DNA of 64,000 bases from Candidatus Bathyarchaeota archaeon (GCA_963770935.1 CAVYRJ010000007.1:1-64000); one strand, 5' to 3'; counted from the first letter of the stretch, positions 39,558 through 50,693 are shown. A program made the numbers and translations. The notes: generated by a model not told the origin, from the letters alone.

Positions 39558-40219
39558 ATTTGGAGCGGTTCCTCTCTAAAGTTTCTCCCCAACCTAATCC
39601 CCAAGTGCACTTGGAACAGTACACAGTTTCAGAGCAGCTTGCCGCAAACATGCTATACATCGCTGCCTACGCAAACGACGACATTGTTGGCAAGTCAGTG
39701 TTGGATCTTGGGTGCGGTACAGGCAGGCTTGCGTTAGGCGCATTGTATCTTGGCGCCAAGGAAGTTGTGGGTGTTGACATTGACAGGTCCGCTATTAAAA
39801 CAGCCCATGAAAACTCTCGTAAAGCTGGTTTGGCTAATGGTGTTCAATTAGTTAATGGCGATATCAACACTATTGTGGGCAAGTTTGATACTGTCTTGCA
39901 GAATCCGCCTTTTGGAGTGCAAACGCGTGAGGCTGACCGCGCATTCATAGTAAAAGCCCTCGAAGTTAGCAATTCAATATACACGCTCCATAACCATCCC
40001 GAAGTCGATACACGGTTGATTAAACAGCTCAAAGCCCGCCAAGGATTCCTGCAAGTTCCTGCTTCTCCCTTCATTGAAAGGTTCGTTACCAAACATCTTG
40101 GCACCGTTAGCGCAGTTTATGCCATGCTAATGACGATTCCTCGCATGTTCGACTTCCACACAAAACTAAAACATGACTTTGTCATCGACTTGTATGTTAT
40201 CAAAAAGAAAGAGTCCTAA
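39518..40219 (+). CDS. METTL5-family RNA methyltransferase
   Basis: [19 protein letters not shown]. Confidence 0.88.
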   Translation: MGEHAQKRLIRKLDLERFLSKVSPQPNPQVHLEQYTVSEQLAANMLYIAAYANDDIVGKSVLDLGCGTGRLALGALYLGAKEVVGVDIDRSAIKTAHENSRKAGLANGVQLVNGDINTIVGKFDTVLQNPPFGVQTREADRAFIVKALEVSNSIYTLHNHPEVDTRLIKQLKARQGFLQVPASPFIERFVTKHLGTVSAVYAMLMTIPRMFDFHTKLKHDFVIDLYVIKKKES

Positions 40220-40345
40220 GCAGATTTTTTTGTTGCCAGTGAAATCGTATTTTTGTTTATTAATCAAAAGGTTTATTGCGAGGAATGGAAACTAAGCATA
40301 TGCATTTATCAAAATTAAGCTTATTCACAAGTAAAGGGAACCATC

Positions 40346-40927
40346 ATGAGTCTAAAATCTCCAGAACAAAAAAGCGGTCATTTAGTTTTGCCTGGCGAAC
40401 GCTTAGGCGTTATTGAAGAATTTATTCCAGACTCGGGAACATACGTTAAGGACGGCGTTATCTTCTCAAAGATTGTTGGTCGCTCACTTATGGATCTGCA
40501 AACCAGACGTGTATCTGTTTATCCCGTAGTCGAAGGAGTGGTGGTCCCAAAAGTTGGAACTGTCGTCATCGGACAAGTTGGCAATGCTCAATCTGACAAT
40601 GTGTTAGTAAAAATCTTTAGGATTGGACGTAAGAAACTCACGGGCAATTTTGGCGGCATTCTGCATGTTTCTGACGTTTCTGACCGTTACGTAGATCAGA
40701 TAAGTGACGTTTGCAAGACTGGTGACATCCTTAAAGCTAAAGTCATAAGTGAAAAGAACCAAGTTTTCCACTTATCAACTAACGATAAGGGGTTGGGTGT
40801 TTTGTACGGTTTCTGTTCACGATGTAGCACCTTGCTTGAGCAGCATGGGTATGACCTTAAATGTCCAAAGGATGGCAACGTTGAAACACGTAAGATAGCT
40901 CCAGATTACGGCAAAGAACAAATTTAA
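40346..40927 (+). CDS. csl4: Exosome subunit Csl4
   Basis: VLPGERLG..EEF, S1 domain, LGVLYGFCSRC Zn ribbon. Confidence 0.93.
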   Translation: MSLKSPEQKSGHLVLPGERLGVIEEFIPDSGTYVKDGVIFSKIVGRSLMDLQTRRVSVYPVVEGVVVPKVGTVVIGQVGNAQSDNVLVKIFRIGRKKLTGNFGGILHVSDVSDRYVDQISDVCKTGDILKAKVISEKNQVFHLSTNDKGLGVLYGFCSRCSTLLEQHGYDLKCPKDGNVETRKIAPDYGKEQI

Positions 40928-40944
40928 CAAAGGCGAAAAATAGC

Positions 40945-41226
40945 ATGAAAGTTAAAGTGTTAAAGAAATCAGAAAACGAGCTAAAAATAGAGATTGAAGG
41001 CTCCAGCCATGGACTCTGTAACCTTTTGGCAAAGAGACTTTTGGAAGACAAAAAAGTAGAGTTTGCAGGTTACGATGTACCGCATCCTTTAGCTTCAAGC
41101 CCCATTATCTACGTTAGAACTAAAGGCACTTACAAACCTGAAGATGCATTGATTGAGGCTACAGAGAAAGTACGGCAAGCAAATGATGCTTTCGGTAAAG
41201 AGCTCGAGCGTGTCCTCAAAGTCTAA
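40945..41226 (+). CDS. rpoL: RNA polymerase subunit Rpo11 (L)
   Basis: IEGSSHGLCNLL, AGYDVPHPL. Confidence 0.93.
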   Translation: MKVKVLKKSENELKIEIEGSSHGLCNLLAKRLLEDKKVEFAGYDVPHPLASSPIIYVRTKGTYKPEDALIEATEKVRQANDAFGKELERVLKV

Positions 41227-41349
41227 ATCCCATTAAATTTTTGTTGTTTCTTTTAGGTTTCTTTTGTTTAGACTTAAACCCAACTTGAGACTGTTTTGCG
41301 ATTACTTTAATTTAAAAAACCAACCTTATACTGTTTTAAGGGGAAAAGT

Positions 41350-41933
41350 TTGAGCAACCAAAAAGCGTTTCGAGTCATAAAACCAGAAATTCGAGTGCTC
41401 GGTATAGATGATGGAAAATTCATCCCTCACACACAAGGCAACGTTATTGTCGTTGGCGTAGTACTCCGAGGCGGCTCCTCGATTGATGGCGTTATGCATA
41501 CAACTGTTGCAATTGATGGTTTGGATGCTACAGAAAAATTGGCGTCAATGATTAACACGTCGCCGCATCGTAGGCAACTGCGTTTGGTAATGCTAAACGG
41601 AATAACTTTAGCGGGCTTCAATCTTGTTGACATAAAAAAATTGCATGAGACAACAAAGCTTCCAGTTATGGCTTTGACCTGCATGAAAAACCTGACTTAG
41701 ACTCTATCTATGAAGCCCTAAAACACTTGCCTGACACCAAGGAACGTTGGCACATAGTTCTTGAAGCAGGAGAAATCCACGAACTTATCAATAGAGGCAC
41801 TAAAATTTATGTGGAGATCGCTGGAATATCACTTGCTGATGCACAAAAAATTATTGAGCTAACTTCTTCAAGGAGCAGTGTGCCTGAACCAATACGTGTT
41901 GCCCATCTTATCGCATCTGGAATTACCACTTGA
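41350..41933 (+). CDS. DUF99 endonuclease V-like protein, frameshift near 41680
   Basis: VLGIDDG, DGLDAT, GITLAGFNLVD; VPEPIRVAHLIASG in second ORF. Confidence 0.85.
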
Positions 41934-42005
41934 CCTAGGCTAAATTAGAAAAAGTTTAAAAGGTACAATGCTAAGGGATTCCCAAAACGTGTGGAGTAAT
42001 GTACT

Positions 42006-42362
42006 ATGGAATTCTGCCCTAAATGTGGTTCACGTCTTGAACCAAAGAAATCAAAAAGTGGCAAAGAAGCAACTCTGGTTCTTGCATGTTCAAAGTGCGG
42101 CTACAAAAAGCCTGAAGCAGACAAAAAAATTGAAACCAAAGTTGCACCCAAAGTTATTCAGCATACTCCCCAACAGTTTGTAGCTGTAATCGGCAAAGAA
42201 GAGCAGAAGTTAAGTACTCTGCCGACGGTGCGTATTGAGTGCCCAAGATGCGGCAATAACACGGCTTATGTTTGGCAAGTGCAAACACGAGGCGCAGATG
42301 AGTCTTCAACTCAGTTTCTACGTTGCACCAAATGCAATTACACGTATAGGGAATACAGCTAA
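42006..42362 (+). CDS. tfs: Transcription factor S
   Basis: FCPKCG, CPRCG, QTRGADES..QFLRCTKC. Confidence 0.95.
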   Translation: MEFCPKCGSRLEPKKSKSGKEATLVLACSKCGYKKPEADKKIETKVAPKVIQHTPQQFVAVIGKEEQKLSTLPTVRIECPRCGNNTAYVWQVQTRGADESSTQFLRCTKCNYTYREYS

Positions 42363-42467
42363 ACGTCTTTCAAATTTTTTCTTATCTTTTTCAAGCATAG
42401 CAATGTGAAGCTATGGCAGACGCATTCTTTTTTAAATCCATGTGCATGTTTAATGGTTGTGTGCGGT

Positions 42468-43520
42468 TTGAACAACCAAGAAAATCAGCCAAAACCTAAA
42501 AAATACTCAAGTATCCTCATTAAAATCCTGCCGCTAATCGCATTCGCCGCCCCATTAGCGCTGATTTATTTTCTAAACCCGACGGATCCACACATGAAAA
42601 TTTCAGCGCAGGATTCTTTCCAGTTAATGTGGAAGGGCAGAACTTTCCAGTTGTTCTTCATCTGGCTGGTTGCGTTGGAGTTTATTCTCAGTTGGGAAAG
42701 CATTAAGTTAAGAATAAGCAGGCAAAACAAAGCAGGTGCCCTTGCTTTTGCCTTGGTTTTGTTGCTTCCAACATTGTACGTAGTGATAGCGAATTTTTTT
42801 GGGTTAAACTCTGCCATTGCAAACTGGGCATCTCAAAGCGGAGTTACTTTTTCAGGATCGATGCCGCTTGCAATCGAGTATCTTGTTTTTTCACTTCTCT
42901 ATTTCGTGACAACTTTGTTGTCTTTTGGAAAGAAGGGTTTGGTGGGTTTTGCTTTGCCTGCTTTGTTTGTCGGCTTGGTCGGGGTTCTCTACACTATCGA
43001 TAATGTTTTTCCTTACGGACAATTTACGCCGTTTCAGCTTTTAGTTCCAACAACTGCCACTCTTGCCTCTGGCATTTTGGGTTTAATGGGGAACACTGCT
43101 GTGCTTGGCACTGAAATTGGAACTGGAATGCCAACCCTTCAAGTTTATGGCGTATTGGGAACTGCAAAGTTCGCGATAGCTTGGCCTTGCGCAGGCATTG
43201 AAAGTTTACTTATCTTTACGGCTGTGGCTTTGCTGTTTTTAAAACGGATGAACATTTCTTGGAAAGCCAAAATAGGTTTCTTTGTCTTTGGTGCAGCAGT
43301 TACGTACTTCATAAATGTGCTGAGAATTGTTAGTATTTTCAACATTGGGATGGAGTTTGGCGTAACCTCAAATCAAGTACAAACATTCCACTTCTACTAT
43401 GGACCATTGTACGCGATGGCGTGGATTATCTCTTATCCACTGATCATTCTCGCAAGCCAAGGGCTATGGCGAAAAATTAAAATTAGCAAACTTCAACCAA
43501 TACCGCTAAACCCTGCTTAA
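42468..43520 (+). CDS. Exosortase/archaeosortase family protein (thaumarchaeosortase-like)
   Basis: Multi-TM; IAWPCAGIES, INVLRI and FHFYYG supply a Cys-Arg-His triad. Confidence 0.85.
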   Translation: MNNQENQPKPKKYSSILIKILPLIAFAAPLALIYFLNPTDPHMKISAQDSFQLMWKGRTFQLFFIWLVALEFILSWESIKLRISRQNKAGALAFALVLLLPTLYVVIANFFGLNSAIANWASQSGVTFSGSMPLAIEYLVFSLLYFVTTLLSFGKKGLVGFALPALFVGLVGVLYTIDNVFPYGQFTPFQLLVPTTATLASGILGLMGNTAVLGTEIGTGMPTLQVYGVLGTAKFAIAWPCAGIESLLIFTAVALLFLKRMNISWKAKIGFFVFGAAVTYFINVLRIVSIFNIGMEFGVTSNQVQTFHFYYGPLYAMAWIISYPLIILASQGLWRKIKISKLQPIPLNPA

Positions 43521-44073
43521 CCAAAATCTGAGCGTTCTGAGGCGGCAAAGAAGCAACATCTTCAGCAACGAATGGACCGTAGGATTTCATGTCTGCGCCC
43601 ATGATGGCTGGGATGCTCTTCAGAAACCGTATAGTAAGCCGTTTGGGGACTGGAGCTGTTTCGGTTTTGACAACAACTTTTATTGGGGCTCTATCTGACT
43701 CTGCTATTTGTTTGATTTGTCCCTGCATCAAGTCGTCGGCGAAATTTTGATATGCTTTCGTGAAATCGGCAAAAGTCTCACACATTCTGGCTTCTTCAGC
43801 CGTGAGCAACTCTGAAGGCAACTTTTGATTTTTAGTGACAGTTTTGATTATTTTTTTGTATCTTGCCCCCAGCAATTCCTTAAGCATCCGCTCAACATTC
43901 AAAGCTTCATGCTCAAGCAAGTTCATTTTGACAGATTTTTTATCAAGAACCTTGTCTTCTGTTTTGATGCGCTGCAGGTACTCAGCGATTTTAGCGTAGA
44001 AGTCTATCTGTAAAGCTCCAAGGGTGGAGTCATCGATTTCTCTTTGCCACGCCGCATACAGTTCATTGTACAT
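43483..44073 (-). CDS. GINS subunit (Gins51/15)
   Basis: DFYAKIAEY, RYKKI, B-domain IMGADMKSYGPF..EDVASLP..NA.ILVKQG; follows priS. Confidence 0.88.
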   Translation of the reverse strand: MYNELYAAWQREIDDSTLGALQIDFYAKIAEYLQRIKTEDKVLDKKSVKMNLLEHEALNVERMLKELLGARYKKIIKTVTKNQKLPSELLTAEEARMCETFADFTKAYQNFADDLMQGQIKQIAESDRAPIKVVVKTETAPVPKRLTIRFLKSIPAIMGADMKSYGPFVAEDVASLPPQNAQILVKQGLAVLVEVC

Positions 44074-45330
44074 TACTTTGCCAGCCGCGCTCTTTTTTTA
44101 CAGATAAGCATAACTGCAGCAGCAGACAGGCAATTCAACAGTTTGGTTCTTATATGGACCCAACGTTTCCCCACTCACTCTAAACTCTGGAGCATCAGAC
44201 ACCAACACTTCTACCTTGCCCTTTTTAAAAGCTACTGCTCCAGTGAACGGGTCAAAATCCTGTAGGTTCTTTCGCTGGAAACTCTGACTTTCTTTAGACC
44301 TGTTTTGCCATGCAGGGTGCCGTTCATGCGGATTAGACGATGAATGTCTGTGGTGACAACTGTGTCGATTTTTGAGCGATTTTGGTCTTCACGTATGTAC
44401 TCGGCTAGTTTCATCCATGTTTGAATGCTCACGCCGTTGAATGCTTTCCCATTTTCCGTCTTTGATGGCGCGGTTAATTATGGTTTCCTTATTATGACTC
44501 AACAGTGCCCTGTTGCTTTATACCGACTAGCTTTTGAGGTCGTCTTTGGTGGCATTTAAACGAAAATCTTGCATACCGATTCTTTTAAACGTCTGTTCCA
44601 GCCGAAATTGTGCAAACGAAATTTTTTGGTTGAGCCAGTTTTCCTTGGGGTCACGTTTCTTTTGCGCCTTTTTTTCGAACGGATGCTTATGCCTAATCCA
44701 ATAACGTAATCAACGATTTCTTTGCGTGCCAATGCATCTAGTGATCTTATTGATTCATTCTTCGATGTGAACGTGATATCCTCTGTGGCCTGAGAAAATA
44801 CACGTGCAATTCATCGTCGGGAAAAACCAAAATCTTTTCTAAGATATCAAGTAACTTAGCGGTTTCAGTTCGCGGGCGAGATTGAATGCAGAGATCACAA
44901 GGCCAAGTTTTGTACTTCAAATTTTGTCGCTTCACAGTAAGGACATATTTCTGGAGTGATTCCTCTTCCTTTCTAAATCCGCATTTACACATATCAATTC
45001 ATCATGGATTTTGTCGCAAGTTGTTGGAATGTGGTCGGCGTCTATGTCGAAGACTAAGTCGGCGCCAAGCCAGCCTTTTTTGTCCATGTCTAAATCTGGG
45101 TTTTCGTAGTAAGCGCAGGAATGGTAAACATCCGACGGCACAGTTTCAGCAAGCGCTGCTCTGAGGATTTTGAATTCAGCAAACCTTCTGTGCCTAACCA
45201 TGAACCTCTCCTTGAACATAAGATAGCCGAATTCGCGTTGCTCAGGCATTGAGACTTCAGGTATAATTGTGGAGGGGTCTTGGTAGTATTCGGTGAATTT
45301 TTGGTAAACGAATTCTCGAGAAGCCTCCAT
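44073..45330 (-). CDS. priS: DNA primase small subunit, multiple frameshifts (probably sequence errors)
   Basis: REFG, VYHSCAYY, ADLVFDIDAD; SGHRGYH across frames; IDTVVTTDIHRLIRMNGTLHGKTG. Confidence 0.88.
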
Positions 45331-45405
45331 ACCCTAGTCCCTTTTGACAGAGTAATTATTCTGTTAGCCTAAATTTAACTATAGCCGCTAAAAAGAAATA
45401 AAATG

Positions 45406-47085
45406 TTAGATTTTGAGTGTGTACCTTAGGTTATCTATTATTTGTAGGGGATTGAAGGATAAGCCGCCGAATGAGAGCAATGCAATCATAAAGATTAGCC
45501 AAATAATTGTTGGTTCTAGCTCTTTCTTTCTCTGAGGAATCAACACGTAGACAAATATGAAGGGTAGATACCAGTTCTGGAAGTATGGCAACATGAAGCT
45601 TGGTCCTAGCAAGGTAAGGGCTAATATCGAAAGCACCCCGTTCTTGTTTAGCATGTAAAATGCGTAAACTAACGTAGCTGCAAGTGTCAGGAGCACTGAA
45701 AGGGATTGCCAGGTCCAAGAGACTTGGGCATGGGGCGCGAAAGCGTTGATGCTATTTAAAATCAATTCTGGTCTCGTTTGCATCAAAGATGGCGCACTCA
45801 AGGCAGCGGTAAACACGCTTATGAGCACAAAAACGGCGCCAGCAATGACAGCCTTATTTCGAAGCAGTTGGCTTCCAGGTCTATTTTTTTCAATGATCTT
45901 CAGGACCCCTATAATAATTAGGGGCAACAGGAATACTCCCGCTTGATATTTTATAATAAATGAAATTCCCACAAACAAAAAGAATCCGTCATAGTGTCCT
46001 CTTAAAAACATGGTTACGGCGATTAGAGCAAAGAGGAACGCAATTGAATCAAACATTCCGTTGGCAGCATAAATGACCAACGTCAAATAAGCAATGTAAA
46101 CTCCAATCAATTTCCATGTTAAATGCATATCTTTCCTCAAAAAAACCTTAAGGAAGAAATACAGGCAAAGATGAGCAAAAACAAGGAAGAGAGCAATTTC
46201 GAGTTTATAAACCAAAACTGGGTTAAAACCGTTCTGCAATAAAGCTCCAAATGGCAAAAACAACAGAATGCTGCCTATCGGATAGAAATGGGGCATTTCG
46301 GGCCAAGTTACAAAGATAAACTGTGAATTGTCTTGGCTTGCAAGTGCCCCTAAGGGTTGGCTAAAAACTGATAAGCCATCCTTAAGAAATAGACTTGAAA
46401 CGTATGCGTGTCTCACATGGTCAGTGTACCAGTTTTCAAACGTTGCAAGCGGGTTAGAATTTACCGCTAAAAGAGAGAGCCAAATTACCAATGATAAAAT
46501 AACAAGAACCAGCAGGTGATTACGGAAGGTTTTGCTTATAATCAGTAGGGGCGTCTTTTTTTCTAGTTTTTCAGTGACTTTTGGAAAATCCAATTTAAAC
46601 ATAATAATTGTGGCAGATACTAAACTTAGTAGGAACATTATTCTGGTTGGAACGGTAAGCGTGGAGAATGGGAAGAAAATTTGTGGCTTTTCAAGTGTTA
46701 CTTCAAAATGAACCCAGCTTGCGTTGGGCGAGCTGGAGGAGAAAACTGCATCGTAATAGTCAGCGCCCGCAGTGAATGAATAAACAATGTTTGTGTTTGA
46801 ATAATTGGTGTAACGGGTACCGTTGTACGTTACGATGGAAAAGTTTTTCATGAAACTATTTTGACAATCAACTCTGACCGAAATGTTTTCTCCGCGGTGA
46901 AAGGTGCCTAAGCCTTTTCTATACACTTCATTTTGGCTTAGTTTGAAAGAATCTTTGACGACTGTGACTTTTTGATTACTGCCTGTAACTATTGGAAATA
47001 AACTTATGACAGATAGAACGATGCTTAGCACCAAAAAAACAGTAGCGACTAAAAGAATAATTTTAGCCAAGCTAAGTTTATTCAT
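45406..47085 (-). CDS. Multi-pass membrane protein, GT-C glycosyltransferase-like
   Basis: More than 10 TMs; WYTDH, HFYPIG, GMFD, IKYQ motifs. Confidence 0.6.
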   Translation of the reverse strand: MNKLSLAKIILLVATVFLVLSIVLSVISLFPIVTGSNQKVTVVKDSFKLSQNEVYRKGLGTFHRGENISVRVDCQNSFMKNFSIVTYNGTRYTNYSNTNIVYSFTAGADYYDAVFSSSSPNASWVHFEVTLEKPQIFFPFSTLTVPTRIMFLLSLVSATIIMFKLDFPKVTEKLEKKTPLLIISKTFRNHLLVLVILSLVIWLSLLAVNSNPLATFENWYTDHVRHAYVSSLFLKDGLSVFSQPLGALASQDNSQFIFVTWPEMPHFYPIGSILLFLPFGALLQNGFNPVLVYKLEIALFLVFAHLCLYFFLKVFLRKDMHLTWKLIGVYIAYLTLVIYAANGMFDSIAFLFALIAVTMFLRGHYDGFFLFVGISFIIKYQAGVFLLPLIIIGVLKIIEKNRPGSQLLRNKAVIAGAVFVLISVFTAALSAPSLMQTRPELILNSINAFAPHAQVSWTWQSLSVLLTLAATLVYAFYMLNKNGVLSILALTLLGPSFMLPYFQNWYLPFIFVYVLIPQRKKELEPTIIWLIFMIALLSFGGLSFNPLQIIDNLRYTLKI

Positions 47086-47167
47086 TAACTTGCCTTCACA
47101 TCGCTGAAATAGGGTTCCACCCGTATTTAATTTTGCTTAAAAAAAGAAGCGGTAACTCCCAAAACGT

Positions 47168-47884
47168 CTATGAACGCCAAAATGCCCTAATTGTATAGGA
47201 CAAATAGCTTTTGATTTCAGCCCATGAAAGCTTGGATTTGCCACGCTTCCTATTAACAAACAGTATGGGGATTTCCTTTACGTTAAAGTTTCTAAGCGCT
47301 GCCTGTCTTACAGTTTCTATCTGGATTTCATAGGTGTGGCTGTGTAAGTTTCCGATGGCTTCTTTGAGGAAACTTGTGGAGTAGCAGCGGTAGCCGCTGG
47401 TGCAATCTTTCAGCTTTAAACCGAGCGAGGCCCTAGCGATGAAATTGGCTGTTTTGCTTATTATTTTTCTGCTGAAGGGCCACCCGGCAATTCTGCCTCC
47501 TTTGATGTATCTGCTCCCTATTACAATTCCACAATCACATTCCTTCATAGTCGCTAAAAGCTGGGGAATGTCTTGCGGATTATGGGAGTAGTCGGCATCC
47601 ATCGTGAAGACGTATTTTGGGGGTTCTTGGGCTGTAAGAAATATTTTGAATCCGTCAGTTATAGCTGTGCCTAAACCGGTTTTTCTTGGTCTAACATGTA
47701 GAATGATGTTGGAGTATTTTTTTTGTTTATCCTGCACGAGTTCTGCGGTCTCGTCAGGGCTGGAATCATCAATAACCAAAATGGATGTATCTATCTTTAG
47801 GTTTTCAATGTCTTCGATTAATTTCGAGATGTTTTCGGCTTCTCTATAAGTGGGAAGAATCACGCCGACCTCAGAGCCCGTCAT
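47168..47884 (-). CDS. GT2 polyprenol-phosphate mannosyltransferase-like
   Basis: ILPTYRE, IDDSSPD, MDADYSH, GSRY, DCTSGYR. Confidence 0.9.
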   Translation of the reverse strand: MTGSEVGVILPTYREAENISKLIEDIENLKIDTSILVIDDSSPDETAELVQDKQKKYSNIILHVRPRKTGLGTAITDGFKIFLTAQEPPKYVFTMDADYSHNPQDIPQLLATMKECDCGIVIGSRYIKGGRIAGWPFSRKIISKTANFIARASLGLKLKDCTSGYRCYSTSFLKEAIGNLHSHTYEIQIETVRQAALRNFNVKEIPILFVNRKRGKSKLSWAEIKSYLSYTIRAFWRS

Positions 47885-47964
47885 AGTGTTACCAATTAAT
47901 TGATAAGTCATAAAAAATTTTGCCAACCATATAAGGGTTTAATGGACTAATAAATCTTAACAAG

Positions 47965-48996
47965 TCATTTCGTCTGAGGCATTGTCTTTTGTTTTCTCTT
48001 ATAGTACTGTAACGGGTGATAAATCCAGCGGCACAAATCATCCCGGTTCTTGCATACACCGTGCGTTTGCAGAACAGAGCATTGGGGACAGGTGTACTTA
48101 GTTCCCGATCCGCGTTCTCCAGCTATGTGCTCGATTTGGTAGCGGGTTAAACGTTCGTTATAATCTGAAAAGATCTTAAACATCTCGTTGAGTCCCTCCG
48201 GCGTCATCCCAATATTTACCATAAACGAGGTTAAAGTGAAGCGTCCAATGTGGGAAAGATGGTGGGCTTGAGCTGCATCCGCATACAACGCGTTTATGCA
48301 CGGGGGAAAAGCTGCTTGAATGACAACTTTGGGCATTTCCTCAATTTCTTGCCCCATTATCTCCTGCGCCAACTTTGTTAATCCATCAGCGATTGCAACT
48401 ATCTCCTCTGGGAGGTTCTTGATTTCCGAAACATCAAGCCTTTTCTCAACCCGACTCTTCACTTCTTCCTGAAGGAGACGAACAACCTTATCTTGATTTA
48501 AGTAAACCATGCCCTTATCCATAATTTGGTTAACAAGCTTCCACTCAGAACCATGCATGTGCGCGGCATTTTTTAAATAAAAATTGAACCCTATCCTAAA
48601 ATCCTTAAAGGGTTTTCCGTCACTGATATCCCAATTAAAATCTTGAGCTATAGCCCAAATTTTTTCTTTACTTGTTTCCTCTTTAAGCATTTCGGCGTGA
48701 GCAGATTTTGCTACTGCCAATGCAAACCTCTTTTTTATCCACGAATTTTTGGTTGCAATAACCAAAACAAGTGCCGCGGCAAAAGAGGAAATTTCGGTTT
48801 TTTTATCTTTATCCATTTTACCAATATTTACTTCAGATATTGCCTTTTCTACTCGTGCTTGAGCGCGGTCAAAAACAGATTTCTCAGAAGATAACCCTGC
48901 AATTGTAAACTGGAGTTCCTCTATTTGTTTGGAGGCTTGTTTTAAAAATGGGTATTTAGCAAAATCTTCAGAAGATAATGCTGATTCCATTTGCAA
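47965..48996 (-). CDS. priL: DNA primase large subunit
   Basis: AKYPF, WKLVNQ, FPPCI, H..RF, YQIEHIAG, Y.CPQC, HPL.YY. Confidence 0.94.
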   Translation of the reverse strand: MQMESALSSEDFAKYPFLKQASKQIEELQFTIAGLSSEKSVFDRAQARVEKAISEVNIGKMDKDKKTEISSFAAALVLVIATKNSWIKKRFALAVAKSAHAEMLKEETSKEKIWAIAQDFNWDISDGKPFKDFRIGFNFYLKNAAHMHGSEWKLVNQIMDKGMVYLNQDKVVRLLQEEVKSRVEKRLDVSEIKNLPEEIVAIADGLTKLAQEIMGQEIEEMPKVVIQAAFPPCINALYADAAQAHHLSHIGRFTLTSFMVNIGMTPEGLNEMFKIFSDYNERLTRYQIEHIAGERGSGTKYTCPQCSVLQTHGVCKNRDDLCRWIYHPLQYYKRKQKTMPQTK

Positions 48997-49005
48997 TTTG
49001 ACGAC

Positions 49006-49761
49006 TTACTCTGTTTCGATTCTTGGCGCCAAGAAGAAGGTTAACTTCCCCTCTTTTGTCTGCTGGAAGTCGATTCTTACCGGCATGTCACTTGAGAATT
49101 CAAGGGTTGCAATGTCTGAGGTTGCTGAGGCTGCTTTAATGATTTCGGAGAGGTAGCTTAGGCTGAATGTTGCTTTGGCATTCTCCTTAACTTCTAAATC
49201 CAGTAGCGCGTCGTTGCCTTTTTGGAGAGTGATGGTTGCACCCATCAAGTCGCCTGAGGCGCTAAGGGTCAATTTTTCTGGTTCAGCCTCGATTTTTACG
49301 TGGTCGCTTACCAACTGAGCGTCTTCGATTGCTTGGCTTAAGCCTTGGGTTGTGGTTTTGGCTTTGACGTTGAAGCTGATTTTTGGAGTTGGAACTTCTT
49401 CTTCTGAGGCTTCAAGTGTTGGCATGGTAAAGTTACGGCTGTATTTTCCCGTTATTATAACTAGTAATCGTCCAGTTTTATCGTCTAAGGATAGTTCGAC
49501 TGCTTCTTCTTTTCCTGCGCGTTTGAGAAGTTTTAGCAGTTCACTTATGTTCAGGCAGATTTTTGTTGGTTCAGTGGACACGAATTCTTGGAAGATAGAT
49601 TTTGGCCATTCAAAATCAATCATCGCTACGCGTGATGGATCCATGGCTCGAAGTTTTAAGCCTTCGGCGTCAATTTTGAAGGTTGCTTCATCAACAAGAA
49701 TTGAGATGGCAGTAGCCATATCTCGCAGGAGTTTAGCGTCAGACACTTTAAGCTTGAACAT
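49006..49761 (-). CDS. pcn: Sliding clamp PCNA
   Basis: LRAMDPSRVAMID, FSLSYL, FFLAPR. Confidence 0.96.
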   Translation of the reverse strand: MFKLKVSDAKLLRDMATAISILVDEATFKIDAEGLKLRAMDPSRVAMIDFEWPKSIFQEFVSTEPTKICLNISELLKLLKRAGKEEAVELSLDDKTGRLLVIITGKYSRNFTMPTLEASEEEVPTPKISFNVKAKTTTQGLSQAIEDAQLVSDHVKIEAEPEKLTLSASGDLMGATITLQKGNDALLDLEVKENAKATFSLSYLSEIIKAASATSDIATLEFSSDMPVRIDFQQTKEGKLTFFLAPRIETE

Positions 49762-50196
49762 AATCTCTTCCTCGCATAATCATGTATTGTAAATTTATAT
49801 AGCTATTGATTACGCTTTGAGTTAATAAAATTGTTCCTACCCAAATTCACTAACAAGTCTTTAGCAACATTTCTGATCAAAGCAATAACAAAATACCCGC
49901 AGAAAACATGGTGCCAGAATCATTCCTAGCAATTACCCCGATAGAGACAGAAAATACATGAAATAAGATAGTATGAAACTAGGCTTATAGCATACTGGAG
50001 AACTGGGAGTGCCACTTAACCAGAACTCAAAATGTAATAATCTGCGCATTATGTTGGATTGTTGTGTGTAGGTGCCTTTTCAACAACAGCTACTAAAGAA
50101 AGAGCAAAGCCAGATACTAGAAGCTGTTGGTTTTTGCTTTAAAAGTCATAAAGTATAAGAATGTGTATGTTTCTTTTATGCGAGCTGGTCGATACC

Positions 50197-50472
50197 GTGA
50201 ACGTTCCTAAAGAAGTAAAGACTTACTGTCCAAAATGTAAAGTTCATCAGATTCACAACGTAACTCTCTACAAGGCAGGAAAACGCAGAGCCTTGGCAAG
50301 AGGCGAACGCCACCACGCGCGAGAAAAGCTGGGTTACGGTGGACAAAAATATCCACTGCAGCGAGAATTCGCTAAAACAACAAAAAAACAGACCTTGCGC
50401 CTAAAATGCAAAGTTTGCAGTTTCATGCGTCACAAAGACGGCATCCGACTACGAAAATTAGTTATACAATAA
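50197..50472 (+). CDS. rpl44e: 50S ribosomal protein L44e
   Basis: TYCPKCKVH, GYGGQ, KTTKK..LRLKC..C. Confidence 0.95.
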   Translation: MNVPKEVKTYCPKCKVHQIHNVTLYKAGKRRALARGERHHAREKLGYGGQKYPLQREFAKTTKKQTLRLKCKVCSFMRHKDGIRLRKLVIQ

Positions 50473-50495
50473 AATTAACGGAGTGGAAAAAATTT

Positions 50496-50693
50496 ATGTC
50501 TGATTGGAACAAACTTATTCCAAAACCGAGAAGCGTCTTCCTTCGGGTTAAATGCCAAAAATGCGGCAATGAACAGCTCCTCTTCAGCAATGCAGTAAAC
50601 AAGATAACTTGCAATGTCTGTGGAGAATTGTTGGCTGAGCCCTCAGGTGGAAGAGCAAAAATTAACGGTGACGTCCAAGCAGTTCTCGAGTAA
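50496..50693 (+). CDS. rps27e: 30S ribosomal protein S27e
   Basis: PRSVFLRVKCQKCGNEQ..F...CNVCG..LAEPSGG. Confidence 0.95.
   Translation: MSDWNKLIPKPRSVFLRVKCQKCGNEQLLFSNAVNKITCNVCGELLAEPSGGRAKINGDVQAVLE

Noticed and set aside
44073-45330. priS as a true pseudogene
   Set aside because: Essential gene with intact catalytic motifs across frames; typical of local low-quality consensus
49790-50160. Possible decayed membrane-protein gene or ncRNA between pcn and rpl44e
   Set aside because: Only short hydrophobic minus-strand frames and a weak AACAGCT/AGCTGTT stem; not enough to call
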